DNA of 41,387 nt. Origin: Moniliella sp. 'wahieum' (Eukaryota). The position numbers and the translations under genes were made by a program. The first letter of the stretch is position 1. Each line of letters opens with the position of its first letter. Below the pieces are notes generated by a model that made no database searches, was not told the origin of the DNA, and worked only from the letters and a program-made list of their open reading frames with translations. Positions 37,350-41,387 of the stretch are shown in pieces. The stretch lies in contig RSEE01000158.1 of the NCBI GenBank assembly GCA_003971905.1, positions 62,001 through 103,387 on the forward strand. The letters run 5' to 3'.

Positions 37350-39309
37350 TTAGTCACCGTAGGCGAAGTTGGAAGAAGCACGGAACTTGGCCCCCATCAT
37401 GTAGAAGAAGAAGGGGATGGGAAGCATGCCGACGGCAATGAAGCCCAGCAACGAACTGGCCCATTGGTTGCGCATGTGGTGGTACATGGGCGACACAAAC
37501 AATGGCACAGCCGCAGCGCAAAGCGAACGGAGAAGCGTCTTGGCTGCCAGGGCTGAGGCGGCGTAGCTCGGGTAGACATCCACAAGGTAGTTGTTGGCAC
37601 TCAAGTAGACACTGACAAAGGCAAACCCAAGCGTCACACCACCACCAATGCAAGGGCCCGTCCAGTGAACAAACGGCATGCTGGTCCAGGCAAAGATAAA
37701 CAGACCGCAAGGAAGGATAACAGCGCCAATCATCATCAGCGGGAGACGGTCTTCCGGGGTGTTGCCCTTTTCAGCACCTGCGGCCAAGCGCTGAGCCGCC
37801 CTGCGCTTGTACATGGGCTCGTTCCATGTCAAAACAAATAGCAGGGCCAGAAGGATACCGACGACGATAGCCATAAATGTAGTGCCCGTCAGACCTTCGT
37901 TGAATGTGACCCTGCGCGAAGACGATAGGGAAGGCGAAGAAGAGCAGGTAAAGCAGGGCTAAACGGAGAAATGGGTCAGAAATCGGGTCCAAGGAGCAAA
38001 GGCAACAAAAAATACGTACAGTAGATGAGGCAAAGATAAAGAAAACAGGGTGAGAATGGCTTCCTTGACAAGCATCTCAAACGGACGGTACAGAGAAACC
38101 ATCATAGTCTTGACAAAGCTGAGCTCGGTGCGCTCCATAGCAGTTTGGTACCGTTCATCACCCGTCTTTTTGCGCAGCTTCTTGGCACGAGCTTTGAGAA
38201 TAGTGGAGCCAAGCGTTTCAGGGACGAAGACCATGATGACAAGCATGATGAACGTGTACGCAAACAAGGTCCAATAGATCCAGCGCCAACCCTTGTAGAT
38301 TGTGGTAGCGGTCGCAATCCATCCACCGACAAGGGGACCCATAGCGGGGCCAAGGAAGAGCACACTGGAAAAGATGGCCATGGGGATACCCTTTTCCTCA
38401 ACCTTCCAGATGTCCGACAGTGTACCACCCACGTTGGTCATGGGCGCCGACGCGGCCAAGCCAGCAATCATACGGCACGCCAACAGTGTTGCCAAGTTTT
38501 GTGAAATGGCACAGGGAAGTGAAAACTGAGAAGGGAGACTGTCAGTAAGGGCCCCCAAGAAGGGGGGTGAGATACGTACGCCATAGAGAACACCGGTAAT
38601 GATGTAAACCGGACGGCGACCAATAAACTCCGACAGGGGGGCGAAGAGCATCGGTCCAAAGCCAAAGCCAGCGACAAAAGGGTGATAGACAAGTTGGCAG
38701 ACACTTCAGCGACGTGCAGATTGGCAGCAACTCCCTCGAGGTCACCGGTGGGCATGGAGGATCCGATAGCCATACAAAAGCATAATGCGGAGGTGTAAGC
38801 GGAAATGAGCCTGCAAAAATGTCAGTACAGGGATGCCCAAAGGAATGAGAGGGATAGGAGAGGAATGTTTACGCACCACTTCTTGCGCAGGCTGAAGTTA
38901 CGAGGATTGTCAGGGTCGTTGGGACCAAATTCGACTAAGAAGGGGTCGTCCTTCTCCTCCTCGGCTGTGCGGGAGACGACTTCGAGATCAGCTTCGTCCA
39001 CCAGGCGCCCTCAGCGTCATTAAGTGGCTCCGATCCGACACGGTCAAGGGAGTCGTGAGAGTAGATCGGTCCCGCTGCCGAGGGCATACGCGATGTGTCA
39101 CGTCTTGACACGCGAGCCTATTGGGGCGGGCGTCATGCCCACATCGCCGGGGGAGGTAAAAGTGGGAGCTTCAAATGGTCGATTCTCGAACGAAGAGCGG
39201 CGCGGCTCTTGCTGCTTTTCGTTCAACGGAGCGTCGGGGGCCTTCTCTTTGGAGTGAAGGGCATCGATGGCAGTGGTGGCTTCTGAGGCGGGAGGGTGCT
39301 GTTGGCCAT
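37350..39309 (-). CDS. MFS transporter, drug:H+ antiporter DHA1 family (Tpo/Flr1-like)
   Basis: VEFGPNDPDNPRNFSLRKKW (motif D1 region), LFAPLSEFIGRRPVY (motif A), GGTLSDIW, LGPAMGPLVGG, WRWIYW, VPET, PEDRL, YLVDVYPSYAASALAA. Introns 38811-38876, 38526-38579 and 37959-38019. Start approximate. Confidence 0.94.
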
Positions 39310-39992
39310 GGTGTAACAAGTAGTCGGGATACACGGCCAGTGGGTATGGTATCACTGCACGGGATCGGCTGCAGGTTCAGAGCCCAGTTGCTGTGAGAAG
39401 ACAGCTGGAAGGAGGGGAGGGACGAGGGGCGAGGGCAGGGAGAGGAAAGGGAGCGATGGATCCGGGAGGAAAGAGCGCTGGTTTATATGTGACCTGCAGG
39501 CTTGGGCGAACAATTGAATGAACTAGTTCTCTTGTCGGACAGGCGGGCACTCACGCATCACGCGCTCGCACGAGGTCAGCCTGAGGCGGAGGCTTGACTG
39601 GTGATGGGTGATCGATCGAATCGCGCATGCGGCCGCAGCACGCCAGTGTGGAGGCGTGCATCAGCACCTGTTATGTTTGCCTCAACGTCTGCGAGGCGGC
39701 GACAGCCGGCACGAGTCCAGGGTTGTCTGTCCCGTGTGGGCCCAACTGACACACTCACGCACCCATGTCACCTGTCATCGATGTCATCGATCCTCCACAT
39801 CCGCCTCAGGCCGCCTTCGCCCTGTCCGAGCACGCGTCACATGTGTCCCATGTCGTACTGGGGCTACTGTGGCCTCAAGGCCTGAAGCTCTTGAGATCTG
39901 AGTCAGGCCTGAGGGGCCCGAGGGCGTGAATTTTGCCAGGCCCCAGATCCCAGGGAGAGCAACAACTCATCGATCTTGAATCCATGATCGAG

Positions 39993-40023
39993 TCATCGAA
40001 TCATCGAATCATCGAATCATCAT
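39993..40023. repeat. (TCATCGAA)n tandem repeat within an ATCGAT-rich patch
   Basis: tcatcgaatcatcgaatcatcgaatcatcat read directly. Confidence 0.85.
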
Positions 40024-41387
40024 GCATCAGCGAAAATCGATAGTCGATCGATATAATCGTCGTAACCGATCAAATTCAAATTCGATGACCGCTAAAAATG
40101 GTAACCCACAGCAGCCCCCGACCCGTCACCGTAACCGGCGTACCCCGTAGCCGGCATAACCCGTGCCTCCGTCACGCGTCACCCGCCAACCCATCCGTCT
40201 CATAGACGGTAACCGGTAACAGGGGTAACCAGTGATGACGCGATGCCATGTACCAGAGGTACTGACTGGTGGCTCTCGGTGGTTCCAGGGCAGCCCAAGG
40301 CAACTTAAGCTTGCACACACGCTTTTCTTTATTCTTGGGGTGCGAGACGAGTTACGCGTTACGCGCTTACCAGTTACGCGTACGGTCGAATCTGGGACAT
40401 GGCACTCCGTATACTCCATCCGCACATAGGGCATGGAATACCTGTTGGAATCAGACGCCAGGGCGCGTACCTGTTGGTCAAAACTTGGCGGTTTTCACTC
40501 GGCCTGAGCCTCAACAGGGCCTCAGGGCTTCATCGAGATCATCCATCTTTAATCGTCTTCAATGGAAGTTACAACAACCAACCGTTAGCTAATAGCTGTC
40601 CAGGCTTTTGTGCATGGCGTTATCTTGTTCGTTGCCAAGGCACACATGATATGTGGGAGTCCCCAGAGGCCTCGTGGTAAACGCTGAACACGTTGAATAG
40701 TGGGCGAGCTGGCTGAACGCTGAACTTCAGCACTGAAAGCACTCAACCCGGGCACGTCGAGGACGTCCAACGTTCACGAGTTAACCGCCAACGGGGCTAA
40801 CGGGCAACGTAGCAACCGAACAGTTCTTTGGGGGCAATCCGTACTGTCGCGCGAGCGAAAGGATACGTCAAAAAAGCACTGCCCCGCCGCCAAGTCCGGC
40901 AAGCAAAGGCATGAGAGCAGTGTCCCATTATAAACCCGCTCCGTCCGAATGCTTGATGCATGACAACACGGTTAACATGCCAACTAAGTACTCGTCTTCG
41001 TTTTGTGTGGTGAACACCTCCAGTTGATGCTGTCTTGTGTGTCTGGCTAACTAGCTTAACCCGTAACCAGCGTAACGGCTTACCACCAATAGCCGCTACT
41101 CTCCCAAGGGTTAAGGTCATTAAGGCTAAGGCTCAATGCCGACAACCATAAGGATAAAACTGTTTAATCGTAGCATGTCCTTCCTCACGCTTGAGCCCAT
41201 TTGGGCCATGTTGAGAGGCTTGAGGTCAAGCCTTTGATATCCCTGAAAGGGCCTCTAAAGCCTCTCAAACTCAAGCCCTCATGCAATCCTCATGCAGCTC
41301 TCAAAAGCTAGTCAAGCTGCGAGCGCATTGAATATTGATGCGCCAATGTCAAAGACCTCAATAGGTGCTTCACGTCTTGACGTTGGG

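Noticed and set aside
1..41387. Mating-type locus or secondary metabolite cluster (TF + RTA1 + MFS)
   Set aside because: No pheromone receptor, CAAX pheromone, homeodomain or biosynthetic backbone gene was seen, and these genes are separated by housekeeping genes.

Overview
Eukaryotic, GC-rich fungal genomic DNA, most likely a basidiomycete. Evidence: short GT-AG introns with GTACGT/GTGAGT donors and CTGAC/CTAAC branch points, an intron-split Zn2Cys6 domain, and RTA1 and Pal1 family genes. Many 1-2 nt indels break otherwise well-conserved genes, which fits an unpolished long-read assembly better than real pseudogenes, so CDS boundaries are reconstructed by hand across frames. Gene order: Zn(II)2Cys6 transcription factor (-, runs off the left edge); SUMO E1 subunit AOS1/SAE1 (+); Pro-rich hypothetical (-); RTA1-family membrane protein (-); Pal1-family protein (-); Rab5/Vps21-type GTPase (-); degenerate CRE/Cnl1-like non-LTR reverse transcriptase fragment (-); AAA+ ATPase (-); ATG1 kinase (+); AP-1 sigma subunit APS1 (-); intron-containing elongator tRNA-Met (-); large unknown gene (+); small hypothetical (-); APC/C subunit APC1 (-); DHA1-type MFS transporter (-). 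Several microsatellites and palindrome-rich intergenic tracts are also present. I found no clearly new biological system. The best leads are the RT relic next to an intronless AAA ATPase, the AUG-less 5' end of ATG1, the tRNA/terminator array abutting APS1, the palindromic intergenic motifs, and the unassigned 3 kb gene.
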